A DNA stretch of 64,000 bases from NCBI GenBank assembly GCA_027491915.1, contig JAOZGC010000004.1:1-64000 (forward strand), given 5' to 3'. Positions within the stretch are counted from its first letter, which is position 1, and each line of letters opens with the position of its first letter. A program made the position numbers and the translations under genes. Positions 1 through 9,681 of the stretch are shown here, piece after piece. The notes beneath the pieces are model-generated. The model searched no databases. It was not told where the DNA came from and saw nothing but the letters and a program-made list of their open reading frames with translations. This DNA comes from Thermoproteota archaeon (GTDB lineage: Archaea; Korarchaeota; Korarchaeia; Korarchaeales; Korarchaeaceae).

Positions 1-946
<946 letters not shown>

Positions 947-1171
947 CGCATACCTCCGGCCGCAAGGTCTCCTATCTCCCTGCCACTTTGCGTGGGACTC
1001 CTGGACTCTCTCGAGCGCGAGGGGACGGCGGAGCCTTTTCCTCGCGCTCACATGACCTCGCTCGCTGTAGCCGCGACCGGAATCGCCGGCCCTCAGACGA
1101 TCGGGGGGTCACCCTTCACCTCTCGGGCCGGCGACCGGGTTGCCGCGGCACCAAGATGGGCCGCGTCCCCC

Positions 1172-1188
1172 ATATTTAAATCTTCCTC
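1172..1188 (-). promoter_or_regulatory. BRE/TATA promoter of the rRNA gene, overlapping the argF stop codon
   Basis: Minus strand reads GAGGAAGA-TTTAAATA, about 230 nt upstream of the 16S 5' end. Confidence 0.65.
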
Positions 1189-2120
1189 GGGGGTATAAGG
1201 GCCTCCAGCACCGCCTTCGAGGTGTGAAGCCTGTTCTCCGCCTGGTCGAACGCTCGAGATCTCTTTCCGTACGCCACCTCCTCGGTTATCTCCTGTCCCA
1301 GGAACCAGGGCTGACAGTGCATGACTATGGCCCCCTCGTCCGCCAGCTCCAGCAGCCCCGCGTTGACCTGATAAGGCGGGAACACCTCCATCCTCCTGTC
1401 GACGTCCTCCACGCCCATAGACACCCAAGTGTCTGTGTAGATCACCTGCGCCCCCTCTACCGCCCTCTTTGGATCCTCGAAGATCTCCACGGACCCCCCC
1501 TCCTCGGCCGCCACGGTCCTCGCGGCCTCCACCACATCGGGATCTGGCCAGTAGCCGGCCGGCGCGCCGACCGCGAACTCGTACCCCGCCATGGCCGAGG
1601 CCACCATCAGGCTGTGGCAAGTATTGGCCGCCCCATCCCCGACGAAGGCGACCCTGACCCTGCGATCCCCGAAGTTCTCCCTGATGGTCATCACGTCGGC
1701 GAGCGCCTGCAGCGGGTGGAACCTGTCGCTCAGCATGTTTATCACCGGGATCTCCGCCCACCGGGCCAGCTCTTCCAGGGTGGAGTGCCTCCTCACCCGG
1801 GCCGCGATGGCGTCGACGTACCTGCTCAGGACCTCGGCCGTGTCCCTCAGGCTCTCTCCCCTAGAGACCTGAAGGGCCTCCCGCGGCAGCGTTATGAAGT
1901 TCGCGCCGAGGTGGGTGCTAGCCACCTCCATGGACACCCTCGTCCTGGTGCTGGGCTTCTCGAATATCCCCGCTATGGTCCGCCCGGAGAGGGGGGTCCC
2001 GGACACGAGACCCCTCTTGTGGTCGAAGCTCCTCCTCAGCAGGGCCTCGAACTCTTCCCTGGTGATGTCGGTCAGGCTCAGGAGGTTCCTCCCGGCCAAT
2101 CTCCTCAGGCGGTAATCCAC
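1176..2120 (-). CDS. argF: Ornithine carbamoyltransferase
   Basis: FEKPSTRT carbamoyl-phosphate motif, HPLQALAD, YTDTWVSMG, MHCQP, QAENRLH. Confidence 0.93.
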   Translation of the reverse strand: MDYRLRRLAGRNLLSLTDITREEFEALLRRSFDHKRGLVSGTPLSGRTIAGIFEKPSTRTRVSMEVASTHLGANFITLPREALQVSRGESLRDTAEVLSRYVDAIAARVRRHSTLEELARWAEIPVINMLSDRFHPLQALADVMTIRENFGDRRVRVAFVGDGAANTCHSLMVASAMAGYEFAVGAPAGYWPDPDVVEAARTVAAEEGGSVEIFEDPKRAVEGAQVIYTDTWVSMGVEDVDRRMEVFPPYQVNAGLLELADEGAIVMHCQPWFLGQEITEEVAYGKRSRAFDQAENRLHTSKAVLEALIPPRKI

Positions 2121-2161
2121 CGGATCACCCCCTGGACCTCCCCGCGTGATCTATTTTCTTT

Positions 2162-2656
2162 TCACCCACCCCTCCGCCTCCCTCCCCCCGCGGCCTGGGT
2201 ACGTCCCGCCGCCGACGCGGACTCCACGAGCACGGCCTCCAGCTGCCTTAAGTTGGCCTGAGTCTTGGTCAACTCCGCCTTGACCTGCTCCACCCTCCTG
2301 GAAAGCTCCTCCCTGGCCGCGTCAAGCCCCATCTTGGCATATACGTTCGATCCCAGGGCCACCAGGACCTCGTCCACCCTAACCGAGGGCACTATAATGG
2401 AGAGAAAGTTCCCCACGGGGATTATGAGGGGTCCAACCTCATCTCCTCCCCCCCCAGCCCTCTTGAGGGCGTCTACGGTCTCTATGCTCCTGCTCAAATC
2501 GGTCAGAAGGAGGGTTAGTCTGTTAACCTCTTCTGCCGTGGCCTCGTAGGCGGCCTGAACCGTCCTGAGATCCACCTGAGCCTGGGCCTTCGGACCACCG
2601 CCCTCCGGCAGGTGCACCACCCCGGGCGCCCCGGGGGGCGGGCTATAAAGGATCAC
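2162..2656 (-). CDS. pfdA: Prefoldin subunit alpha (true start may be GTG near 2620)
   Basis: Coiled coil / beta-hairpin (LIIPVG...VLVALGSNVYAK) / coiled coil, in the canonical position after eIF6. Confidence 0.85.
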   Translation of the reverse strand: MILYSPPPGAPGVVHLPEGGGPKAQAQVDLRTVQAAYEATAEEVNRLTLLLTDLSRSIETVDALKRAGGGGDEVGPLIIPVGNFLSIIVPSVRVDEVLVALGSNVYAKMGLDAAREELSRRVEQVKAELTKTQANLRQLEAVLVESASAAGRTQAAGGGRRRGG

Positions 2657-3321
2657 CCGATCCCGAGGAACGATGACAGGTTGTCTATTTCCAGGGGGGT
2701 GGATTCGTACCCTACTATCAGACCGGAGTCGCTGGCCACCGCCCCGATCTTCACGTATGGGAGGCCGTCGTTCACAGTCCCCGTCCCGAACTCCACGTCC
2801 AGTACCTCCTGCGCCGCCTCGATCTCCTCCTCGCTGGCGGACGGCGATGCCACACCGCCTCCGTTGTTGACCACCGCGACGGACCCAACCACCGGAATGC
2901 CGGCGAGCAGGCCGCGCCGGACCCGAACGCCCAGCGCTCTCTCCATGGCATCGACCGCGGACTCCTCGAAGGTCGGGCTGACCAGCGCCCCGTAGTCGTT
3001 GGCCAGGACCGTGTTCCCCAAGGCGGTGATCTTGCTCTTGACGACCACCAGCTCGGCGTCCACCTCATCTCTCAACTTCCTCAATTCCCTGTCGGACACG
3101 AGGTGAGGGAGGAGGATCGCGCGGGAGTTCCCGGCGACGAAGATCCCGAGGAGCCTGGACTGGTAGACCGAGGCCCTCACGACGTCGAGACCCAACTCCG
3201 TCCCTATCATCTCGGCGGCCCGGTCGGCGATCGCCTCCGGGGCCAGGCAGATCCCGCCGGCGACCTTGAGGTATATCCCCGGATTGGAGCTGCCCAGAAT
3301 CTTCATCCTCCTTACTCCCAA
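2653..3321 (-). CDS. eif6: Translation initiation factor 6 (aIF6)
   Basis: ALGNTVLANDYGALVSP, GTVNDGLPYV, STPLEI. TTG start at 3321 inferred; the longer ORF-track version overlaps L31e. Confidence 0.93.
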   Translation of the reverse strand: MGVRRMKILGSSNPGIYLKVAGGICLAPEAIADRAAEMIGTELGLDVVRASVYQSRLLGIFVAGNSRAILLPHLVSDRELRKLRDEVDAELVVVKSKITALGNTVLANDYGALVSPTFEESAVDAMERALGVRVRRGLLAGIPVVGSVAVVNNGGGVASPSASEEEIEAAQEVLDVEFGTGTVNDGLPYVKIGAVASDSGLIVGYESTPLEIDNLSSFLGIG

Positions 3322-3326
3322 GTCGC

Positions 3327-3650
3327 CTACCCACCCTTCACCGGGCGGACCGGGAGAACTAGGACTTCCTCCGGCTCCTCCCCCTCCTTCTCCCCCTCCT
3401 TGTACTTTGTCACCCTCACCTCCACCGAGATCTTCCTGGGCGGATTTCCGGCCCCCCTTCTCCACACCAGCTCGTTCAGCTCGGGATGTATCAACACGCT
3501 CGCCTCTCTGGGTATCTTGAAGGCCCGGTAGACCCTCTCCCTCAGCAGCTTTATTGTCCTGGCCGCCCTCATCCGGTGGGGATACCTCTCCCTCACCACC
3601 CCCCCGAGCCGCACCGTGAGCCTGCCCAGGATCTCCCCCTTCTCGGGCAA
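3327..3650 (-). CDS. rpl31e: 50S ribosomal protein L31e
   Basis: RAARTIKLLRE...IHPELNELVWRRGAGNPPRKISV; operon context. Confidence 0.92.
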   Translation of the reverse strand: MPEKGEILGRLTVRLGGVVRERYPHRMRAARTIKLLRERVYRAFKIPREASVLIHPELNELVWRRGAGNPPRKISVEVRVTKYKEGEKEGEEPEEVLVLPVRPVKGG

Positions 3651-3665
3651 CGCGACCGCCTCCCA

Positions 3666-3818
3666 TCACAGCTGGAGCCTGCTCCTCCTCCAGGATCTCA
3701 GCGGTCTCGGATTTACCTTCCGGATGGTCTTCATGTAGACCCAGATTGGTATTCTCCTGTTCTCGGCCATCCGCGCGGCGTACCTGAGCTTGCTGCCTAG
3801 GGATCTGTTCCTCGCCAT
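3666..3818 (-). CDS. rpl39e: 50S ribosomal protein L39e (not in ORF track)
   Basis: Hand translation: MARNRSLGSKLRYAARMAENRRIPIWVYMKTIRKVNPRPLRSWRRSRLQL. Confidence 0.93.
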   Translation of the reverse strand: MARNRSLGSKLRYAARMAENRRIPIWVYMKTIRKVNPRPLRSWRRSRLQL

Positions 3819-3830
3819 CCCATTCCCCCC

Positions 3831-4154
3831 TCAGACGACCCTTATGTTGTAGTCCACGCTGGACCTCCGGGCTATCCGCGCCAAGAGGACCTTGAGCTCG
3901 TCGTCCGTGATCCTCCTGGTGATCTTGCCCGAGCTGTAAAGCTGGAGCAGGTAAACCTTTATCTCAGAGGCCAGCTCAGGCTTCACCATCTCCAGCCTCT
4001 TCAACCTCTGCCAGGCCTCGGTGGTCAGAACCTGTCTGACCGCCATGTCTATCTTCTTTATCTCTTCTTCTCTCTTACTGGCCTCCTGCCTGGCCGCCAG
4101 CTCGGCCTGAAGCCTTTCCTGAATTCTACGGAGCTCCTCGTCCTCCGCGCTCAA
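3831..4154 (-). CDS. PDCD5/TFAR19-family DNA-binding protein
   Basis: RQVLTTEAWQRLKRLEMVKPELA...ITDDELKVLL; canonical position between S19e and L39e. Confidence 0.9.
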   Translation of the reverse strand: MSAEDEELRRIQERLQAELAARQEASKREEEIKKIDMAVRQVLTTEAWQRLKRLEMVKPELASEIKVYLLQLYSSGKITRRITDDELKVLLARIARRSSVDYNIRVV

Positions 4155-4603
4155 GGCACCCTCACCCTCCCGGGCTCCAGCCCCATCTCCCTTATCAGCT
4201 CCGCGGCCGTCCCGTCCAGGAGCGACGCCCCCCTCGGAGAGATCTTCCTCCCGGCCCTCGTCTTCATCACGAGTCCGGCCGCCTCGAGCTGCTGCAGTAT
4301 CAGCCTTAGAACATGACCGCTGGCGCGTCTGAACCTGTTCGGCCTGACCCCCCTGTCCTGGCTGCCCCCGTACCTCACCCTCATCCTCTCCACCCCGGAT
4401 GGTCTCCCCCGGAGGTAGAGGTTCCTGAGCACGGAGGCGGCCCTAACGTACCACCAGTCCTCCCTCAGGGGAGGCCTCTGTCGGTTGACGCCGGTCTTCG
4501 CCCACCTGGCCCACTCTGGGGGTTTAATCTCCTCCATCCCCCTGAGCTTCTCGGCCACCCTCTCTATGAGCACTTGCGCCGGAACGTCCCTGGCCGTCGG
4601 CAA
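4151..4603 (-). CDS. rps19e: 30S ribosomal protein S19e
   Basis: IKPPEWARWAKTG...DWWYVRAASVLR...ILQQLEAAGLV. TTG start at 4603. Confidence 0.95.
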   Translation of the reverse strand: MPTARDVPAQVLIERVAEKLRGMEEIKPPEWARWAKTGVNRQRPPLREDWWYVRAASVLRNLYLRGRPSGVERMRVRYGGSQDRGVRPNRFRRASGHVLRLILQQLEAAGLVMKTRAGRKISPRGASLLDGTAAELIREMGLEPGRVRVP

Positions 4604-4662
4604 TCGATCACCTCGCGAGGGATCAAACGGTCCTTCGTCCCGTCGTCGACCGGATCCCCATT

Positions 4663-5010
4663 TTAAACGTTTGCTGATCTCCTGATCTTGACCTCTCTCA
4701 CGTAGGGGAATCTCCTGACGGAGCCGCATTTGAGACACGTGATCACCACGTGGGGCATCCTCTCGTTCCTGATCCTCACCCTGGCCGTGAGGCCGGGAAA
4801 CAAGATCACCCCGCAATTCTTGCAGTACCTCCAGCGCCACATTCTGGGAATGGAGACCCTGTGTCTCCTCGCCATGCGGAGGGCCAGACGAGAGTACCCC
4901 TCCGCCATCTCGAGGTCCGAGGCCGCGGCGGCGTCCGCCATCTCCAGCAGGATTTTCACCCTCTCCGACGCTATCCTCCTCCTCAGGACCTTCCTCTCCC
5001 TGAGCCTCAT
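4663..5010 (-). CDS. rnp4: RNase P protein subunit Rpp21
   Basis: IASERVKILLE...YCKNC...ARVRI...ITCLKCGSVRRFPY zinc ribbon. Confidence 0.93.
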   Translation of the reverse strand: MRLRERKVLRRRIASERVKILLEMADAAAASDLEMAEGYSRLALRMARRHRVSIPRMWRWRYCKNCGVILFPGLTARVRIRNERMPHVVITCLKCGSVRRFPYVREVKIRRSANV

Positions 5011-5693
5011 GGGGCACCACCTACGGACCTCAAGTACTCCCAGAGGACTATCGAGATGACCGTCGAAGAGGAGAGGGCCTCCGGATATATCGATGCATCC
5101 GAATCCCGTGATCCCAGCACCTCCTCCGAGAATTCGCCCCTGTGGAATCCCCCCACCATGATGCCGACCTCCAGGTCTCCCGGGAGCAGATCCCGGGGAT
5201 CGACGAGGGGACCGTCTTCCCTCATCAGGATGACCACGTCCAGTCCGCGTACCACCTCGCCCAGGCTGAGATTCACCTCGGAGATCAGGGGGAAACCCCT
5301 CTCGTCCCTGCCAACCCTTCCGTCCCTCAGTAATATCTCCATAAGCCCCCTGAACCTCCTGTAGCTCCTGGGGGGTCTCGTTCCCCTCCGGATGTGGAAG
5401 ACCCTCCCCTCAACCGTGTGGAGGTAGACGTCGACCACCCCAGCCCTGGCGGCCGGGCTGTCCATCGCCGCCAGGACGCTCCTGTGCACCACGTCTGGCC
5501 TGTAAGCCTTGGGAAACCGCCGCCTCACCCTCTCCAGATCAGACCCGCCGAGATAATCCGCATCTAGGAGGAGCTCGCTCGGCTCTTTTCTCCTCCTACT
5601 CGCCTCTCTTATGATGGATCTCAGGGAGAGGAGCTCCCGCGGAACGAGCGCTATCGAGGAGTCCACCAGCAGGAGGGTCAGCACCCAAGACAC
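5007..5693 (-). CDS. nep1: Nep1/Emg1 16S rRNA pseudouridine methyltransferase
   Basis: RPDVVHRSVL, RPPRSYRRFRGLMEILL, VGGFHRGEF. Confidence 0.9.
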   Translation of the reverse strand: MSWVLTLLLVDSSIALVPRELLSLRSIIREASRRRKEPSELLLDADYLGGSDLERVRRRFPKAYRPDVVHRSVLAAMDSPAARAGVVDVYLHTVEGRVFHIRRGTRPPRSYRRFRGLMEILLRDGRVGRDERGFPLISEVNLSLGEVVRGLDVVILMREDGPLVDPRDLLPGDLEVGIMVGGFHRGEFSEEVLGSRDSDASIYPEALSSSTVISIVLWEYLRSVGGAP

Positions 5694-5699
5694 CCAAAT

Positions 5700-5708
5700 C
5701 TTATATAT
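5700..5708. promoter_or_regulatory. TATA box shared by divergent nep1 and tRNA-Gly
   Basis: CTTATATAT about 25 nt upstream of the tRNA-Gly 5' end. Confidence 0.6.
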
Positions 5709-5721
5709 GATCCGGCGGGGC

Positions 5722-7587
5722 TCACCCCCTGCGGCCGTAGTCTAGCCTGGGCAGGATGGGAGCCTGCCACGCTCCAGACCCGGGTTCAAATCCCGGCGGC
5801 CGCACCACCTTCGCGTATATTATAGCCACCGCAACTACCACAGCCAGCAGTACGGCGGGCCAGATTGGGAACGTGGTCGGCCGGCCGCCATCCCCCGAGG
5901 ATCCCGGGATCGAGGTCTCGCACCGCGCCCCGGAGTCCCTCCCCAGTATCAGGTCCTCGGGATCCGGTACCACCCCCTCGCACTCGCCACCGATCTCGAG
6001 GGTCACGCTGCCGTTCACCCACACCCTTTCTCTGGCCACGCTGCCGTTCACCCACAGGATCTCCACCTCCAGGGGCATCTTGACCTGCCCCCGAAATCCG
6101 GAGACCTCGGGCGTTATCGATGCGATTCCAGCCTCGACCTCCACGTCGTAAGAGACCACAGCCGACCCGTACACCCACTCCTCGAAGAACCAGTCCAGAT
6201 CTCTCCCCCAGGCCTCTTCCATGGCCTCCTTTAGGTCCGCGGTGGTGGCCAGGCCGAAGCGATTCCTCGAGGCGTAGATCCTCAGGCCCCTGAAGAAGGC
6301 CTCGTCTCCCATGACGTATCTCAACATCCTGAGGATCCATGCGCCTCTGTCATACGCGGTCATCACGTAGAGCTTCTCATCCCCGTCGAAGCTGTCCGCG
6401 CTGGCCGCCGTGGGCGGCGTCTCCCTCCCGGCCGACAGGTAAGAGTACAGGGGATCTGAGACGTACCGGTCAAACGCCCGCTCGTACTCCTCTTCCCCGT
6501 ACACCGACTCGAAGTAGAGGCACTCCGAGTAGGTGGCCAGACCCTCGTCGAGCCACGGTTCCTCCCACTGGTCGTTTCCCACCAGGGCGTACCACCACTG
6601 GTGGGCCACCTCATGGGCCACCACCATCTCCAGATCCCTGTTGGGGATCTCCATGATCCGCTCTCCTATCATGATCAGTCCGGGATACTCCATGCCAGCG
6701 AACCACGCGGGCACCTCGACGACCTCCAGGGTCCGGTAGGGATAGTCGCCGAAAAGCCGTTCAAAAACCTCGATGGCCCGACCGGCGGTCTTCAGGGCTA
6801 ATCTCGCGCCGTCCTCATCAGATCTGTCATAGTAGCACTCTAAGACCACGTCTCCCAGCTCTTCACTCATCTTGGCGCGGCCCCTCATCAACACCAGGGC
6901 GGCATCCCTGACGGCCTCCCCAACCCACCGGGAGGTCGTGAGTCCGTCGGAGTCGTGGCTGTACACCCTGACGCCCGTGGCCGCAGCCTCGCAGTCCGAG
7001 GGATAGGTGACGGTTAGGGTCAGGTTCGCCGCCGAGCTGACGAAGGATTCCCCTATCCAGAAGTATGGGTGATCCAGCCACTCGGTCCCCCTCCTGACCG
7101 AGAGTATCGGAAACCAGTTGCCCAGCATGGTCACGTCGCCCTGCCTCCCGAACCTGTCCCCCCTCCGGGGAATCGTGACGGAGAAGCTCACGTTGACGAC
7201 CGCGACGTCCCCGGGCCCGACCGGCCTCGCCGCGCGCACCACCAGGACGGTTTCGTCGGGACCTGTAACCTCATATTCCAGGGGCCTCCCGGCGCCGTCG
7301 GTCACTCCAGATATCGAAATGCCTCCCTCCGGCCTGAAGGCGTTGGGGTAAAGCCTGAGGTGCAGCTCCTCCAGCGGGTTGGGGGACAAGTTCTCCCTCT
7401 TGGCCACCACCCACCCAACCACGCGGGAGAGGTCGTCGGACACCCAGGCCCTTATCAGGTACTCGTCCGTTATACGAACCCGGGCCCCAGGGGCGGGTTG
7501 GGAACCCCCGAGCCGCGCTGAGGAGGCCGCGAGGATCACCGTCAATAAGACGCCGATCGCGTTGAGGCCATCCATCCCGCCGGTCAC
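5722..7587 (-). CDS. Membrane-anchored M1-family zinc aminopeptidase
   Basis: AGMEY motif, HEVAH...WLDEGLA zinc site, N-terminal signal peptide, C-terminal TM helix. Confidence 0.9.
   Translation of the reverse strand: MTGGMDGLNAIGVLLTVILAASSARLGGSQPAPGARVRITDEYLIRAWVSDDLSRVVGWVVAKRENLSPNPLEELHLRLYPNAFRPEGGISISGVTDGAGRPLEYEVTGPDETVLVVRAARPVGPGDVAVVNVSFSVTIPRRGDRFGRQGDVTMLGNWFPILSVRRGTEWLDHPYFWIGESFVSSAANLTLTVTYPSDCEAAATGVRVYSHDSDGLTTSRWVGEAVRDAALVLMRGRAKMSEELGDVVLECYYDRSDEDGARLALKTAGRAIEVFERLFGDYPYRTLEVVEVPAWFAGMEYPGLIMIGERIMEIPNRDLEMVVAHEVAHQWWYALVGNDQWEEPWLDEGLATYSECLYFESVYGEEEYERAFDRYVSDPLYSYLSAGRETPPTAASADSFDGDEKLYVMTAYDRGAWILRMLRYVMGDEAFFRGLRIYASRNRFGLATTADLKEAMEEAWGRDLDWFFEEWVYGSAVVSYDVEVEAGIASITPEVSGFRGQVKMPLEVEILWVNGSVARERVWVNGSVTLEIGGECEGVVPDPEDLILGRDSGARCETSIPGSSGDGGRPTTFPIWPAVLLAVVVAVAIIYAKVVRPPGFEPGSGAWQAPILPRLDYGRRG
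5731..5807 (+). tRNA. tRNA-Gly(GCC), CCA encoded
   Basis: Acceptor stem GCGGCCG/CGGCCGC, anticodon arm GGAGC-CTGCCAC-GCTCC, T-loop GTTCAAATC, ends ACCA. Confidence 0.97.
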
Positions 7588-7606
7588 CCTCGAGGACGCC
7601 GCTTCG

Positions 7607-7694
7607 TGGTGCGGGGGGTGGGATTTGAACCCACGAACCCCTGAGGGACAGGATCCTAAGTCCTGCGCCTTTGGCCTGGCTCGGCCACCCCCGC
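7607..7694 (-). tRNA. tRNA-Leu(TAG), CCA encoded
   Basis: GCGGGGGTGGCCGAGCC...CAGGA-CTTAGGA-TCCTG, long variable arm, GTTCAAATC, ends ACCA. Confidence 0.97.
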
Positions 7695-7750
7695 AGGTCT
7701 ACCCTGTCTCCGGAGGTTATGAACTTATCTCCGCCCACCCGGCGACGGAC

Positions 7751-9640
7751 CTATCCGGAGAGCGCCCTGGCCACGGCGAGCGGGACATCCTGCAAGCGGT
7801 CGAGCCTGAGGAACGACCCGCCGGCCACCTTGGACAGGTCCATGCAGATCCTCTCCCCCAACCTGGAACCCCTGGGAGAGGAATCCGGCACGTGAATCAC
7901 GAACAATCCCCTCAGCCGCGCGGCCTCCAGCCTGGGATCTCCGCCGACGTTGTACAGTCCGTCCGTTATCAGGATAAACCTCCTGTCCCTCCTGGAGAGC
8001 TTCCTCCCCTCTGAGAGGGCCGTCGATAGGGCGGATCTGAGGTTCGTGTAACCCACGGGGGCAAGGTCCAGGATGCCGGATATCAGCTCCCTCAGGTCTC
8101 TCCTCTCGCTCCCGCCCTTCAGGACGAAGGGGTGCGAGTTGAATCCCAGGACGGCGTACTCTCCCCCCCTCATGAGGTGGGAGGCCACGGCGGCCGTCAG
8201 GGCGGCGCTCGCTATCTTCAAGCCGCCCATGGAGCCGCTCGCGTCCAGTATTATGACGGCAGACCTGCTCCTCTCTGCGCGATCCAGACCGACCACGTCG
8301 TCGTACGTCAGGTGCTCCGGGAGCTTCCCGCTTTCCAGCATCTTCTGGATGGTTTCGTCTCCGTCGAAGTCCATGCCCGGCTCGTAGCTCCCCCTCACGG
8401 TCAGGGATCTTCCCCTGACCCTGGAGGCTATCAGGAACCCGCCCCTCACTATGGCCTTGGTGACCAGGGACCTGAAGACCCTCCTCAGGTCCTCTCTCAC
8501 GTACCACCTGACCTGCCGATAGAGCCTGACGGCGGCCGGCGGATCCCTCTGGATGGACGCGGCCAGGTCTCCCAGTCCCCCCTCAGATATGGCCCGGGCG
8601 ACCGCGTATCTGTTGACCTCCGCCAACTCTACGAGCTCCCTCACGCCGCCCACGGCCGCCGCCCGCCTGGCCCGCCTCAGGACGTCGGAGTAAGTTCCTT
8701 TGTCCGATTCCCCCTCCCCCTCCTCTCTCTCACCCTCGCCCTCGTCGTCTCCGTCTCGAGGAGTTCCCCCCCTCCATCGTGATGCTGCCGGCGTGTTCCC
8801 CCTCTCCCCCTCCCCCAGGACCCTCCTGACTATCCTCTCCACGACCGAGCGGGCCTCTTCCTGAGAGCCGAACACCTCTATCCTCTGAGGCAGCACCATC
8901 AGCGCCGCCTCCACCCACCCCTCCACCCCGGAGACCCCCATCTCCTCCGCCAGCGCCGCCAGGTCTATCGCCGATCTAACGGACCCACCCCTCCTGATCG
9001 AAGGATCCTCTCTGGTGGCCCTGACTATCTTCACGGCGGTCTCGGCCACCTCCTCGCTGGCCGACGCCCTGAGCCTGACTATTTCCACCTCCTCCTCCTC
9101 GGACTGGTACTCCAGCCTGACGAGGACGAATCTATCCCTCAGGGCCTCAGACAGCCTTGTCACCCCCACGCTCTCTTCCGGATTCTGGGTGGCTATTATC
9201 AGGAAGCCCTCTCTGGCCCTGAGTATCCCGAGGTGCGGCACGTGTATTATCCCCTCGTCCATGACCGGGAGGAGCGCGTTCTGGGCCGACTCGGGCAGCC
9301 TGTTCAGTTCGTTGATGAACAGCACCCCCCCGGCCAAGGCGGCCCGGGTCAGCGGCCCCTCGACGAAGGCCTCCCTGACGTAGCCCATCTTCAAGACGGA
9401 CGGGGGATCCCAGTAGCCGATGAGCTTGGATTCCGTGATCCTCTCATCCCCGTCCACCCTGACGAACTCCCGCCCGAGGTGGTCGGCGACGGCCCTGGCC
9501 AGAAGGGTTTTTCCCACGCCCACCGGACCCTCCAGCAGAACGTGGCGCCCGACGCGGGCGGCCATCAGGATTAGCCTGAGCTCCCTCTCCCTGCCGACTA
9601 TCCCGTGACGGCCGCGTATCTCATCCAGCTCCGACTCCAC
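7751..9640 (-). CDS. MoxR-type AAA+ ATPase fused to a vWA (MIDAS) domain
   Basis: Walker A GPVGVGKT, FINELNR, ATQNP, ALRDRF; acidic linker; DASGSM...T...ITDG MIDAS. Confidence 0.88.
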   Translation of the reverse strand: MESELDEIRGRHGIVGRERELRLILMAARVGRHVLLEGPVGVGKTLLARAVADHLGREFVRVDGDERITESKLIGYWDPPSVLKMGYVREAFVEGPLTRAALAGGVLFINELNRLPESAQNALLPVMDEGIIHVPHLGILRAREGFLIIATQNPEESVGVTRLSEALRDRFVLVRLEYQSEEEEVEIVRLRASASEEVAETAVKIVRATREDPSIRRGGSVRSAIDLAALAEEMGVSGVEGWVEAALMVLPQRIEVFGSQEEARSVVERIVRRVLGEGERGNTPAASRWRGGTPRDGDDEGEGEREEGEGESDKGTYSDVLRRARRAAAVGGVRELVELAEVNRYAVARAISEGGLGDLAASIQRDPPAAVRLYRQVRWYVREDLRRVFRSLVTKAIVRGGFLIASRVRGRSLTVRGSYEPGMDFDGDETIQKMLESGKLPEHLTYDDVVGLDRAERSRSAVIILDASGSMGGLKIASAALTAAVASHLMRGGEYAVLGFNSHPFVLKGGSERRDLRELISGILDLAPVGYTNLRSALSTALSEGRKLSRRDRRFILITDGLYNVGGDPRLEAARLRGLFVIHVPDSSPRGSRLGERICMDLSKVAGGSFLRLDRLQDVPLAVARALSG

Positions 9641-9681
9641 GAAGTACCCCGATCCGTCCGGGGACGGGCGCGATAATAACG

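Noticed and set aside
4151-5020. Apparent 289-aa extended S19e (similar extensions on eIF6, GAPDH and PCNA)
   Set aside because: The extensions overlap real upstream genes in another frame, and internal starts with SD motifs explain the proteins.
5731-7694. Integrated element at tRNA-Gly/tRNA-Leu
   Set aside because: I saw no integrase and no duplicated tRNA 3' end (att site).
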